A stretch of 64,000 nucleotides of DNA from Phoronis australis (lineage: Eukaryota > Animalia > Phoronida), in NCBI GenBank assembly GCA_002633005.1, contig NMRA01000775.1, positions 1 through 64,000 on the forward strand. The letters run 5' to 3'. This document shows, piece by piece, positions 37,888-51,383 of this stretch. The number at the start of each line of letters is the position of its first letter. The stretch's first letter is position 1. Both the position numbers and the translations under genes were made by a program. The notes beneath the pieces were generated by a model. That model was given only the letters and a program-made list of their open reading frames with translations, searched no databases and was not told the origin of the DNA.

Positions 37888-39539
37888 AGGAGAATGCCAC
37901 TCGATTTAATTGGCTTTTTTACCGTCTTAATCGGTCTATATCCACATCGCCTTTTATACAGTCGACCTCACCTTGCCGAGAGGTGTCGCGTTAACCTGTG
38001 AAGAAGGTGAGAAACGACGCAGCGACGTCAGTGGTTCGTCTGCAGAGTGAATGCCGCTATATTGCGGTGCATCGTTCCCCGGCGCTTGTCCGAACTATGA
38101 AGCTGCGAAAAAAAGCGGGTATATCATTTTTTGGACTTCCTCGAGAGCCCGAAATGCTTAAGAAGTGGCTTGCGGTAGTGAAGAATGAAAGGTACGCTGT
38201 TAATAGCAAGTATGAGGCCGTGAAACATCTCCGTGTCTGTGGCCCGCATTTCGTCGACAATGATTTCTCTGACGAATTCTGTCTTACCAAAGAACTATCC
38301 ATACGTTCCGTTGCCTGTGCATGTTCACGGCGCCTCTCTAGTTTTTGTTGATCAGTGTATTCCGGTTAGAACTGATAGTCTGTGGAACCTAACGACCCGT
38401 GAAGTCTTCGTCGGATGAGCTCTTGACTAAGTGGCGATTGGCGCCGGGCAAGTTGTCATGTAGACGTTTATTATTCTGCGTTCTGTTTCAAAATGAATTA
38501 TTCTAATCCTAACCAATGCTTATATGAAACTGAAACAAAGTCCGTCTCATTAGATACAATTTGTAATGCCTTTGCAGTATTCGTAAGTGAATGTTGAGAA
38601 GCCAGCAATGAATAAACCCCTGAGTTACCGGCTTTAGAAACCGGCAACAAAGATAATTGACCGGGCACCGAGGCCGTGTGAGCGCATGCTAATTCAGTGT
38701 TTGCTGACAGAAAGCTGCTGTGAAAAAATTATTCGATTTTATATGCTATGGTCACATGTTAGAAATAAAAAATACATTATTCAAATCATTGTTACTGTAC
38801 AACCTTTGCCCTGACGGTCTGTGGAAGGGAAAACTCGACTTCGCGGCCCCCGACAAGTAAGTACATTTTCAGTTTCGTGGCTAATTAGTATAAATATATT
38901 ACGTGCACATTATTTCTTTGGCTCACTATTATAGTCTTTTCGTGACTGGAGGTTTAGTTTCCAACTCAAGCTGATTTATGTTTGTGCCAGTCCCGGCGGC
39001 CGCGACGGGCCTGATCGGGTTCCGAGCCACTAGCTGGGATAACAAGCGTTTTGTGTGTTTAGAACTAAACAATCACAAATATAAACAACACAGATCTAGG
39101 TTCTCCTGTCTGAATTTCACGGAAGAATACTTCGAATTTATCTCCGAACAGACCCCAAACTGCTGCCACGGATCTTGATAAATTGGCTTGCCGAACTTTG
39201 TACATGTAGGCTACGGTGTGTCCAAATAGCAATAAATCCGTAACAGCGAAATAAAACAACACGTTTTTATAAAAACTCCGTGTATTTTTAAGGGCTTTAC
39301 ATCGAAGTTTGATGATTTATTGGTGTTAAACGATGAATTTAAGCGATAAGCTGACACCAGTATTCCGTGTTGTGAACTGCTGAACAGACTGCGTATGAAA
39401 CCAATGACGTCTTTGGATAATTTCAACACCTCCGTCTGTCGTCAGGTGTCAGGTAACGCTACCGAACGTGCCGTTATCGAGTAGAACTACTCGATCTAAA
39501 TTGATACAAAATACGTTGTTTTTTGGGTGGCATTCTCCT
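37888..39539 (+). mobile_element. Kolobok-like non-autonomous DNA transposon, copy 2, with THAP-domain remnant
   Basis: TTAA target-site duplication on both sides. Perfect 13-bp TIR AGGAGAATGCCAC / GTGGCATTCTCCT. ORF 37998-38351 contains GISFFGLPREPEMLKKWL...RVCGPHFVDNDF, and the N-terminal CIVPGAC lies in a shifted frame. Confidence 0.85.
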
Positions 39540-40132
39540 TTAAATCTTGAGTAGAAAATATGAGTCCTGGATTCTTCTGCTTTGGCTTTCATACAATTCA
39601 TATACTTGATCATGATTTTTTTCTCGAAGACTTTGGAAATTGCCTGCAGAATAGAAATGGGTCTTTATAAATAGGGACCGACTTACGTAATCAATTGGGT
39701 AATACCTGTCAGTAAAGACTGGTTCATAATTAAAGAAATTTATGTTCATGGAAAGTTAAAATATGTTTGATAAATGATCATGTTATGACATCCATGTCTC
39801 TGGTGGATTTTTCATTCTTTTTAATACATCGATATCATCAACGGTTTGTTTCGAAATATAGGGCCAAGTCATTTCCATAACTGCTGTTGTCGGGTATTTA
39901 AGAAGCCACGTTTTTTCCCAGTACCAATAAAATTTCTTGTTGAATGGGTTAGCAGCTATTTTCCATTTGTCAGTAATATTTTCAGGTGTTGGAGAGGTAC
40001 AACTAATAAAATGAGGGAGGAAAGCTCAACATGTTTGTGATTCTTTAAAGTTTTCATAATAGATGAGCTTTTAATATAGACTTAGATATAGTGGAGTGGT
40101 TTTAAATTTTTCATAGATTTTATCCCGTATAT

Positions 40133-40290
40133 CAGGGGTGGATCCAGGATTTTGAGTTAGGAGGGGGTCCAGGTCAAAGTATTAGCCAAGATTTTGCTCG
40201 TCAGACGTTCGCACCCCCGTAATGCTAAATGGATGTAGGAGAATTTTAGGGGTGCATGCCCCCCTTGGCCCCACTCTAAATCCGCCACTG
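40133..40290 (+). mobile_element. Short MITE (CAGGGG.GGATCCAGG...AAATCCGCCACTG family), copy 1
   Basis: Imperfect TIR cagggg(c/t)ggat / atccgccactg. Homologous over its full length to 49707-49865. Confidence 0.8.
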
Positions 40291-42204
40291 TATATTAATT
40301 GATTTATATATCCCAACGGTAATCCAGTCCCTGAGCTTGTGTTAATGTGTATAGATAACGAAGCGGCTGACTACGATGAGCAAACAAAAATTCATCTTGT
40401 GGTTGTTAAGAAATATTTCCAAGCACTCTATATCAAATCACAAAGATGTTTTGTCAGTTAGCAATACATGTTCATCACGGGTGTCTAATAAATTAAGTAG
40501 ACTGTTAGCGGGGTGCCCCTCCATGATTGATGAATACGTCATCAGTATTTAACATGTGACCACCAATCCCATTACTGTCAATGAAGGACTCGTATGGAGG
40601 ATCACGTAACCGTGCAGTTCCCCAGTGTATAATTATATGACAAAAAAATTAATACATGTCAGAAACACATTAACAAGCCATTCGGGTAGATTACGAATCT
40701 AAACTGACGAATAATTACATTAAAAATAAATGTCATTCTACATAAAAAAATTAATTGTCTCATGAGGATTTGAATAAGATTGAGGTCTAGGAAATTTATG
40801 TCTCCATAACTGAGTCACACACTCAAACCATATTGACAACATACAAATTGTCTGAAGATAGCCCCATGGGTGGATTTTTGGGATGGGCCTATTTTCAGAA
40901 ATTCCCGGTAGAGGGCTTAGCACAAGCAATCAGCCGCTTCCACGTAAACAAATGGCATGCGTTAGACTAGCACAGTAAACCTAAGCAAAACACCAGTACC
41001 ACCGTAGATTGTTCTCAAAAATGCAGGCCTTGCAACCAGCGCCGAATTTGCCAACAACAGTTTTACAGAGTTTGCCTTTGTAGATCCGATCTCGACTTAA
41101 GACTAGATGTAATTTCTGAGAACTGGTGGTTCCTTTCTATTTGAAGGGGCGCACGCTCGCTGCACCCAAGTCACCCGCTGGGCCAAGCCAACTTATTGGA
41201 CCCGAAACCTGTTCAAGAAAGAGGACACCCGCGCCTGCCCTGAGCGCTCGCTTAAAGAACGGCATGAGCATGATCTTGAGCGAGTTACACGTGCGCCCGC
41301 GATCCCTTCTTTAGCTTATTTGTTACAAGATGGCGTCCTGTCTAGCGTTCGGCATGACTTTTTAAACAGTTTTAAGGTGAGCAGTGACAATGCTTTTAAG
41401 CGGTACGCATTGGAATACACCACGATTTGTACGACAAGATCGTAAGAAGTAACTGTGGTAAATTTGGCACAGAAACGCCTCAAAGAATTTTATTAAATGA
41501 CCTAAGCTTGCTTGATATTGATTACAGAGGTTACTTTTTGTTTTCTGTCACCTCTGAAACAGTGACACTTGTGATTAGACTTATCGAGTTTCATAAGTTC
41601 GAATTGCAAAATATTGTCTCCTGTAAAAATGACGACTATTGTATTGATTTATTGATAGCTGCTTTCCTGAACGCCATTTTGAAATTGCTGCGAGCGCACT
41701 CTGTCGTTCAATAGCGAGCTCCTACTAAGCTTGCGCTCGCTCTCACTTTGGACCGCGCGCTCTATTGAAGAGGCTTTTGATTTCGCATGATAACGTAATG
41801 TCAGTTTACCTCGAGCCGAGACATCGCTCCTAATCTGATTGACGGGTAATTTGAGGCCAGTTAAACGTTTTAAATTAAAAGTTATTCGTTGACAAAGGTC
41901 GGGTTCGATCCAGCGTTAGACGAAACCCTCTCACAGCTTATCCCGTACTTTCGTACGTAAGTTTTACACTGCTCTTGTTTCGTTTTCGTCATCTAAAAAG
42001 CTATACAGTGGCTTTGATCTGCTTACATGTGGTTGTAAACGTGGCAGTGATGTTGGAACAGCGTTGAAATTGCAGCAAGGGAGAAAAGTGAGAACCTAGT
42101 TTCCCATGTCTCAATCTGTTGGGAAGACAGTCGCAATGGTTTTGCTTTGCATAATCGTCTCTTAAGTTCAATGTGCTAACAGTTATGCAATCGTAACTGT
42201 GATC

Positions 42205-42300
42205 TTCATCTTGACCATCATCACCATAGTCGTCATCGTCGTCATTATTGTCATCGTCATCATTGTCACTGCCACCGCTGTTATCTCCATTGTAGTAACC
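42205..42300 (+). repeat. (CAT/CGT)n degenerate trinucleotide repeat
   Basis: Seen directly. Confidence 0.8.
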
Positions 42301-43756
42301 GACGTAAACTCCGCATTTTGCCATAGGTGTTTTTGTTTAGGTGGCTGTAACGGAAAAACTAAGTCGGTGACTCCAAATTTGAATTAGGCAAGGACCAAAA
42401 AAAAACAAAATATGAAAAATCCATATAATATCAACGATAAATAATTCAAACATCTGCAACACCGTGTTTCGTAAAATGTTTCGTGGCAGACGTTTCTTTA
42501 AAATCTTAAGACTATGTATCACACAATACATGCAGTTTTACAGTTAGTTTCTGGTAATTAGTTCCAATTGATCCTGTTTTGCTTTTATTTCATTTTAATA
42601 CGCTTAATTAGCGGATCAATTGTAGCATTCTGTGCGCTTAATTTAGTTAAACTGAAAAACATTGAGCATGACACGATCAATGCCAAGCAATCTACAAGGT
42701 GTAACCAAAACACGGCGAGCCTGTAGCTATGGGGTCTGAAAAATGCGGGGTCCACTCAGCGGCAGCTTAGCTCCACCTGACTAGGTACAAATTTGCTCTA
42801 ATTTACCTGAAATAGATCCGTGAGGCGAGGGACTATGACTACCACACATCATTTGACAGAGTGTCTGAAAATTGGTTAAACAATTTGAAATTAAAGTGGA
42901 ACAATGCCATAAGACTGGTCACTTTTTGGTCTTGTCCCGAGCACTTGGATTCGACCAGGTAAGTGTAGGATTATAGTAATGAGAAGAAAAATCACATTTT
43001 GATTAGACACACCTGATGAAAATCCTCGAACGGCTAATCCCCTTTCAATATATAGCAGGACTGAAGACGAGACTTGTACTCCAGCTCTTCCACACTCCGG
43101 ACATGACCAAAACTAGTCGTCATCATGCCATTTTAAAAGCGACGGTTACGTGTACGTCTGCCTTTCCATGACAAAGAATCTGCCATTAGGGGGAGGTGTT
43201 TCCTTGGCTACGCGTATCTAGTCGCAGAGCCAATTCTCACATTCCGAAATCACCACTCTCTGATTGTGTGAGGGTAGAAGAAAATGATTTATAAGTAACT
43301 TAATTTTCGAAATGTAGTGTCGCTAATACACATTAGAGCCCGCCCGGAACACTTCGGACATTTTCATTCCCTAAAAGTACCATTCAGAGGTTTTTCATAT
43401 TTCCACATGCGCCAATATTAATCGTCACGTCAAAGTGAATTGGCCAAGATAAAATAGTGTTCAAAGTGAACTGGACAACGTCGAAATTCGACAGATTTTC
43501 GGCTTATAAAACCCCGATTAAATATTCATTGCTTTTAGACTTGAAGCCATTTCCATTATGAATAAATTCCGACATTTCGACAAGTGCACTACAAAATTGC
43601 TTTAGTTCATGATCTTGGCAAGAAGTTTATTCAAGTTTGGTAAAGTATGGAAGAGTTCTGTTCTATATTTATTTTCGTTTTTGCAAACTATTCTGTAAAG
43701 TTAGAATCACAGAAACTTGTACGCTATTCATACTCGTGGTTCCTTACCGGTTGAGA

Positions 43757-44030
43757 CTGGTCAACATTATTCCCATTTTCAAGAAGAATAAAAAGCTTGT
43801 TCTACAAGCTGCAGGACTACGTCTGCGTTCTGAAATATAATGGAGAATACCGTTTGAGGCTACATTATGAACTGTGCTTCTGTACAGGATCATGAAATCC
43901 CGTGGAAGTCAAGGAAGTCAACTGGTTGGTTATAAATTGTAACCGAGCTTTTTGACAATGTTCAGCAAGGTCAACGCAACGGCGTTGATGTATTAGACTC
44001 CGTCTAGATGTAGGCGTTTGACAAACTGGG
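43757..44030 (+). mobile_element. Highly degraded CR1/L2-like RT fragment
   Basis: LVNIIPIFKKNKK motif and a downstream VDVLD...AFDKL, resembling ANV.PIFKKG and D..KAFD.V. Confidence 0.5.
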
Positions 44031-44691
44031 TCAGTCACAGCCACCAGACCTATGTAACGTGCATTAGTAACTTCCCATCCTCTAGTTGCCAGATATGTTG
44101 GCGGCGTGTCCTTTTATGAAGCACAGGTTATCTCAGATGTACAACAAATCTAGGTTCAGCAGCTACTGTGATGAAACACGGTTACACGGACAGCGCAGTT
44201 GTCGGATTAAGTTCGACATACAGGTAGGTGACAGCGAATATTTTTGTCTACCGTCGCTTTTGATTTTGACCTGGCGTAAAACTTGAGACTTTTGCAAAAT
44301 CGTGATTTTGACATTCTGAAACCGCATGCTACTAAATTAAGTTAAGATATTTACCCAGAAAAAAAGCTGCGGACTGCTTGAAAATGATTGTCAGGAGCCA
44401 GCGGTCGTAAACGATACCAACTAAGCATCTCATTTCTTATCTATGACTTTTTGAACGCTAATAGTACTCAGCACAACGTTTTTGACCAAACCAGTAGCCT
44501 GCTTTGCAACTAGCTTTTAGAATTGTTTTTGCAACATTTTATTTGTTTGCAAGATGTAACTACACTACTATGAGGTTAATGGAAGCCATTGCCATACGCT
44601 GATTCCTTGAAAACTAAACCTATTGGTCTACGTTGTGCCCGTGGCAATGTGTGCTGACTCAGTGATTTAAAATGTCTCTATTCTAACTGTT

Positions 44692-45124
44692 AATACAGTT
44701 GAATGAAAGAGTTGAAATTCCATATGACAAATACACGCGATGAGCGCACCAAACGACATCGAAGTGTGGGATTGTAGTTGAATTAAAGAGTCGAAATTCC
44801 AGATGACAAATGCCAGCGATAAGCGCACCAAATGGCATACAAAATGTAGAAGTGTGGGATTGTAACTGTACAGTTGAATGAACGATTCGAAATTCTAGAT
44901 GAGAAATGCACGCGATAGGGGCACCAAATGACATCGAAGTTTGGGATTGTAACTGCAAATACAGTTGAATGAAAGATTCGAAATTCTAGATGAGAAATGC
45001 ACGCGATAGGGGCACCAAATGACATCGAAGTTTGGGATTGTAACTGCAAATACAGTTGAATGAAAGATTCGAAATTCTAGGTGAGAAATGCACGCGATAG
45101 GTGCACCAAATGACCTCGAAGTTT
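44692..45124 (+). repeat. Tandem repeat, about 91-bp unit, about 4.8 copies
   Basis: acagttgaatgaaagattcgaaattctagatgagaaatgcacgcgataggggcaccaaatgacatcgaagtttgggattgtaactgcaaat occurs at 44870, 44961 and 45052 (partial), with two more diverged copies to the left. Confidence 0.95.
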
Positions 45125-48100
45125 AATATTGAAACTTAATTGTATGCAATAATTCTTTTTTGCTCTCAATGACTATTAAATCTCATTGAATGATTGTATG
45201 GCTTAGGAAAGTATTACCTACACTTGACACGATTGGCTTGCACGCGTGCACCAATGTAGAAAACCTTAGTTACCTTTAAACTGTAAGATAAATAACATTA
45301 AATAACATAACATGACTTTTGTGCCCATTTACGGTGCATTCTGTAATATAAATGTATAACGATTAATTTTCTACGAAGTGGTGAATGTCAAAAGTCAAGA
45401 CTGGTCTCCGTTCATGTAGGAAGTACTAAAGGTCTGCGACGGATCGGAAACAATAAGAAAATCGTAGAACGACAGTACTATGCAGTAGAAAGCTCAGAGT
45501 AACATTCTGGTCAAATTTCGTTTGAAATATATGTTCAAGATAAAGTCTCAGAAATTAAATTGTTCCAAATTTCGCTTTTGTCGTTTTCATTTTGTGCAAC
45601 TTGTTTCAATAAAAATCCTAAGAGTCACAATATTTGGTAGCTTGTTATAACAAAGTGGAGCATTTTAGACAATTCCTAGAAGCATTTTGGGAAACGATGG
45701 AAAAAGTGCGGTATTAATCCAGTCTGCTATTTTTGAGAAATGACGTTCAGACGGTTGTTAAGTTTGGAAAGCTCTCAATCTTTCCCATAGCCATAAAGCA
45801 CAAAAATATATTAAGGAAGTCTGTTATAGAAATCACGTTTCATACCCCAGAAACGGATCCAGAAGGTGGGGGTAAAGTGGGTTCGGACCCCAACAACTCT
45901 ATTACATGGATGAATCTCAAGCTCCCACTATGTTTTTGCCTTGTGGGATACCTCCTCAAAAAACTCCTGGATCCGCGGCAGCAGATTTCAATGAAGTTAT
46001 TAATCCGGCACAGGTGATGACGAAAAAAGAAAAAATAGAAAACCCATTAGCTGCATTAAAGCCACAAAATGATGAAGCGTGTTATTTGATGAATTTCAGA
46101 ATGTATGTTGTCATAAATTAACTGCGTTAATGGTGTAATCATCAAATTCTAACATTTGTCACGTGATATCCGGGCTAGACACTTCATTCACAACTTTTGA
46201 TCTCAGTATGCAAACTCTGATTAAGCGTGTGACACCTCGAAAACGAGTCTTTAGCTCGAAAAGTCGTAGTGGAACACCTGTCTATAGACACGCCACCTGT
46301 CTGTAACCACTTATACTTACAGACACACCGGAGAAGGTAATTATCCTTTGGAACGCAACTTTGTATAAAGTTACCCAGTTAACTGCGCGGACACAAAGTT
46401 GGGTGATGAAGGAGCTCGCCAGTATATCCTCTCACAAATCTCTTGTTCTCTCGGCCATCAAATGTATCTCAGTGCCAAAAAGGTAATGTCGTGACTTGAG
46501 CAACAATTTCGGAATAAATCCAACCAAGCTTATGCATTTTCAACAGACCTACTGCGGACCGAGCCATTAGGATCCGAGCGTAGTCTTTGAGGTGTTGAAT
46601 AATTGATTCTATGGATTATTTCAGTAATGACGAGGATATATCATAACAGAGGGTTAACAAGATCATTAACTTGGTATGTTTTTCACAAACCATGCATTGG
46701 TTAGTAAAAACAATGCTACTGATGAAGACGAAGTGCCTAATGGTTCACATACCACTAAGACAGAAAGAAAGAGCATGAAATCTACAATAAACGACGCCGG
46801 AAACCCATGTTTAACACGTCAATGTTTTCTGCGATAAGAAAAAGCTAAAGAGTCTCTCTAAAGTTGACTACATTCTAGGCAAGCGGAAAGCTTTTGTTTT
46901 CACTGCAAACAATTTCCTTCTGGCGAAAATTAAGTTTTCAATTACGCACATCCGGGCTATGCGGTAATATCCGTACGATGTCTGGACAGCTATACTTAAC
47001 GATAGTTGAGCGGCTATCTTAGTAAACCCACGTCGTATTTTATTCCCCATCTTAGTCGGTGATACTGACTTGTAACAAAAGACTTCGTTTATCGATTCCA
47101 TTTAAAAGGTTAAATTTACAAACAAAATTGTGGTAAGTGCGATATCACTGAAGAATGTATACGAATGATTAAATCAGAAAATACCTGCTGTATACTTACG
47201 CAGCTCTGGGCTTGAAATCAATAACTCGCCACAGGTGTATTCCTTTAGGTGTGCACCAGATAATTGCACTAAAACACCTAAGAATTTCATGCGTAGACGT
47301 TTCATAATTAAAGCCGCAGTAAAAAGTGTCCCGGTGTTAAAATGTCAATTTTCTCCTCTGGCGTATTTAATCTTACAAATTAAACACGACGATTATTGGC
47401 CCAACACTGATCAAGTGTCTTTACCACCTATGCCGCATACCGTTTTACGTCACTAGGCCCATTTCAGGTCCAAGAGCGCATGAACCTATGCAGACAGTAA
47501 ACACAAGAGGGCACTTGCGTCACATGCGCTGTGGAGGAACCGTCCCAACGGTAAACCAATACTTGAATTCACGTGGGCTCTGAATTGCTCTCATGAAGCT
47601 GGCCGTCATAATGGAGAAGTATAAGAGACTGAAAGAGTTTTATATTTGCAATTTGAGGACGGTATCTGACAAAATTAACAGCCGATGACCTAGTAAATTG
47701 GAAATTAACTTTGAGATAACATGGTACTTAGCGGTTGTTTCTGGGTATATAGTGTGGCAGTTTTTTTTTCAATTCCATTGCACTTCATTGAGGGAGTTTT
47801 ACTGAAAGTTGGACACGCTTCCGTTAAAAGTGTGCATTTTAAGGTTCTGAACACGTTGTATGCATTGTTTCAGATATTGCCATCCAGCTGCAGAGCACGA
47901 GAACGAGACGAGAATAGAGGAGATGACGGTATAGAGGAAGGCTGCGATATCGCGAAGAAGGGAGAAGAATACGAGGAGCGAAAAGATGACAAGGCCAACA
48001 GGTGCTTTGGCATCAGAGTCAATGTTGTGTATCATCTATTAATATTCTTCTATTTTTAATATTAAAGAAAATCAATTCAGCTTCAGTTGGTGTATGCTTA

Positions 48101-49706
48101 TCATGTCAACAGTGACCTTCGTGAAATGACCCAGGTACAGACATTGTTCAGGCCCAATGGTCACCCTGTGTACATGGCTAATACATTATGGGGCGATGGT
48201 GCTTGCGTTGTATTGTTCCAATATTGCGTTCTCTATCTGCATACCTATATCAGCCGAATGCAACGCCGGTGGGGGATACCATCGGTGAAAGGCAGGTTAA
48301 AATGACACAGCTGAAGCAAATGACAATATGTCATTTTTCCAAGTCCAGAAACCGTTTCTAATCTTTGTGATCGATTTCATAACAGCAAGAAGTCTAAGTC
48401 AGAGGTTGACTTTTGACAGAAGGCGCTGGTTTACTGCTTCGTTAATAGGCATTTAATGTCTAGTTAAACAGGAAGAAACTCACGTCATACTCTAATTTAA
48501 TGACTACAGGGAATCATATAGCGTTTGAACTTGAATCGGAGAAAAGCCACGGGTGGTATGAAATAGAAAAGTGTAAATGTTGGATTTGGAAAACCTTTGA
48601 TTTTAATCTATTGATTAACTATTGACAGGGCAGTGACCAAAGATTAAAAATTCCTTGCACACGACCGCAGAATTTGAATTTAAATATTTGAGTTGAACGT
48701 TAAATGAACTGAAATAGCACATTGTTAAGATAATCTGACAAAGTCATAACTACTCAAGGAGGTAAATGCCTCTTCAATTATTTCAATATAATTTCCAGAA
48801 TGTCGCCGATGTGCAGACCGTGATGAGGGAAACTTTTCACTGATGCAATACAGATTTCAACGCCGATGGCGACGACACAACTTGAGCCCATGCCAGCGGT
48901 TCTTGATGGTGATTCTGACTGCCTGATGATTTTTTATGTTTGATTCATGGAGTTTGGCTGGTGGTTCACTTCTGTCCGTGGCCTCTTTAAAATACTCCTT
49001 CATCTCATTTTATTCCAAAAAATTCAATGAACGGATATCATCACAGTCGACACTTAAGCCTAAGTAATTCTCATTCAACACAACACCAAATATGATCAAA
49101 TACTAAAGGAATTCGATATAACTTTATAGTGTAATTTGTATTTTTGATGGTGCACCACCACCTTAAATGGGCGTATTGAGTGACTCGCACTTCATTAATA
49201 CTCTCCACTGCCGCCATATGTAATGGGGCTTTTGTGGAAACCCCACCCACTGTTTAAAAAAAATCAATAAATTAGAATTTAACTAAGGCAAACACAAACA
49301 GGATTAAAAGTTACGAAATTTTTATATTTTATTGACATCTTTCGACTGGCGAAACTCATCCTAGGAAAGAATTATCTTAAATCAACTTCATAGGTGTTTA
49401 GTTGATGGACACTCCTGTGTAAATGTAACGAGTATATTGCATTGTCCAGTTTCTTGATAATTACACTACAGATTATTCTCTGATCTCACACATATCCGAA
49501 AAGTTGGGATCCTTTCGCTGAGTTACGTCATTTTCAGTTTGACCAATTGCACGAAGACGCTGCCCGATCATGAGTCTAGGCATGGTTTCTCTATTCTATT
49601 TTCAAAGTAGAGAATATTCTTCTGGACTCATTAGCATCCAATTGATTGTTTAAAGCTCTCATCAATTCATATTTAGTAAGGACCAACAGTTGGAATCGTA
49701 TATGTA

Positions 49707-49865
49707 CAGGGGCGGATCCAGGATTTTGAGTTAGGGGGGGCCACGGCAGACTATTAGCCAGGATTTTGCCCGTCAGACATTCGCAGCCCCCAACTGACAC
49801 ATGGAATCTGGGAGAATTTTAGGTGGGGCCATGGCCCACTTGGCCCCCCTCTAAATCCGCCACTG
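49707..49865 (+). mobile_element. Short MITE (same family), copy 2
   Basis: caggggcggatccaggattttgagttagggggg...ctctaaatccgccactg. Related fragments lie at about 45846-45980, 4590-4677 and 60874-60939. Confidence 0.8.
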
Positions 49866-49889
49866 CCAAACTGGGCGACAGTAGTGTTG

Positions 49890-50057
49890 CTGATGGTGAC
49901 GATGATGATGATGATGATGATGATGAAGATGATGATGATGGTGATAGTAATGGTGATGATGAGAATGATGATGACGATGATTATTGTGCTGCTGATGATG
50001 GTGGCAATGATGTTGGTGGTGATGATGACGATGACGGTGACGACGAAGAAGATGATG
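49890..50057 (+). repeat. (GAT)n microsatellite
   Basis: Seen directly. Confidence 0.9.
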
Positions 50058-51214
50058 GGAAGGATCGGGGTGCCGGCGATCGTAATTTGATTGTCTTTAT
50101 GACGTCGTCTTCCTATATCAATGCAAATAGCGATTACATTTTTCCATTGAAAGGTCACTGATATCATTGTCGGAACTCAAAGCGCATTGGTTCGTCTTCG
50201 TATTCAACTACTTGTTATTGGAAATTATATAGCTTGTAACAGAAAAGTGAAATCCGTGTTTGACGATCCGGTATAAACCTTTAATGAGAGTTTTAAGTGC
50301 TTCTGTGATTGAGTTTCACGTACCAGTGATATAATGTACAAATGCATTAATGCATACATACAAACGTCCATGGGTACACACATCATAATAAATTATGATT
50401 TATTATCACATAATGTTATTATCTTTATAGTTTATAGTGGGTAGTGGCACATGAACGTACGTTATGTCATTACAAGTTCATGCAGTATTTAAAGGAACAG
50501 TTTGAACGTAAGATTCTCCTGTATAAACGTACTCGTTTAAAAACTAAGTTGTTCTTAGAACTAGGTGTTCAAGAACACTAATAGTGCAATTCCTTACTTT
50601 GTTCTGCGCAAAACTTCAAATTTCATCTTTTAATATTTGTTATGATGCATGAACGCAAGTCATATAACGTGCTCTTTATCTCAAGTTTTTTTTCTAGATA
50701 TCAAAAACTTTTAATGGTCTTCTATTAAAGCAATTTAAACCTCGTACACGAAGGTTTTTATGAAAACTTGAAACCTTATTATGTTTGAAAACGATTAAAA
50801 AGAAATGTAAGGTCTAATACACACCGAATTTATATGCGCGAGGGTGAGCACCTAAAATAAATAAAAAAAAGTCGGTGAGGTTTGTTGGCTTCAAAGATGA
50901 CAAGTTTAACGTTTGCCAAATATCTTGGGACTTGGCTTTGCTGGTCAATTGTTGTCAGAGCGTTTAATGGCGCCTTGAGTGGACATAAGGGAGCACTCAC
51001 TGATGCTTTTCTGTCACTCGTCAAAAACTGTGTGTACATGAGGAAACGGTGTGACTCGTTTCAACTCAAAAGCGTTATTAAACATGACCCCAGAAAGGTT
51101 AGCGAGTCTAATATTTTGCTCGCTGATTGGACAAAGAGGTCAGACTACATATGTGAAAAGGAATACAAAATTGACAATCTTCACCTCAAAACCACCACTT
51201 CTCTGCCAATTGGC

Positions 51215-51383
51215 CTATCGCCAGGATTTTAAGTTACGGCTTAACTGACCAATCAGAATGCAGCATTCTTGACACACCTTCATTTCCAAGACGCCATCTT
51301 ACCCTACAAACAACACGCTGCTTGGTAAAACTTATTATTGTTTGTCGACATTCCGTAAGGGGTCGGAACTTGCGGTTGGTCAA
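51215..51383 (+). repeat. Dispersed repeat, copy 2 (first copy 24033-24196)
   Basis: Same shared blocks as copy 1. Confidence 0.75.

Noticed and set aside
44185-44196. REST/NRSE-like CACGGACAGCGC
   Set aside because: Only the right half-site is present, the left TTCAGCAC half is absent, and it is far from either promoter.
44692-45124. Possible CRISPR array (also considered 25990-26146)
   Set aside because: Whole units repeat with no unique spacers, there are no cas genes, and the context is eukaryotic.
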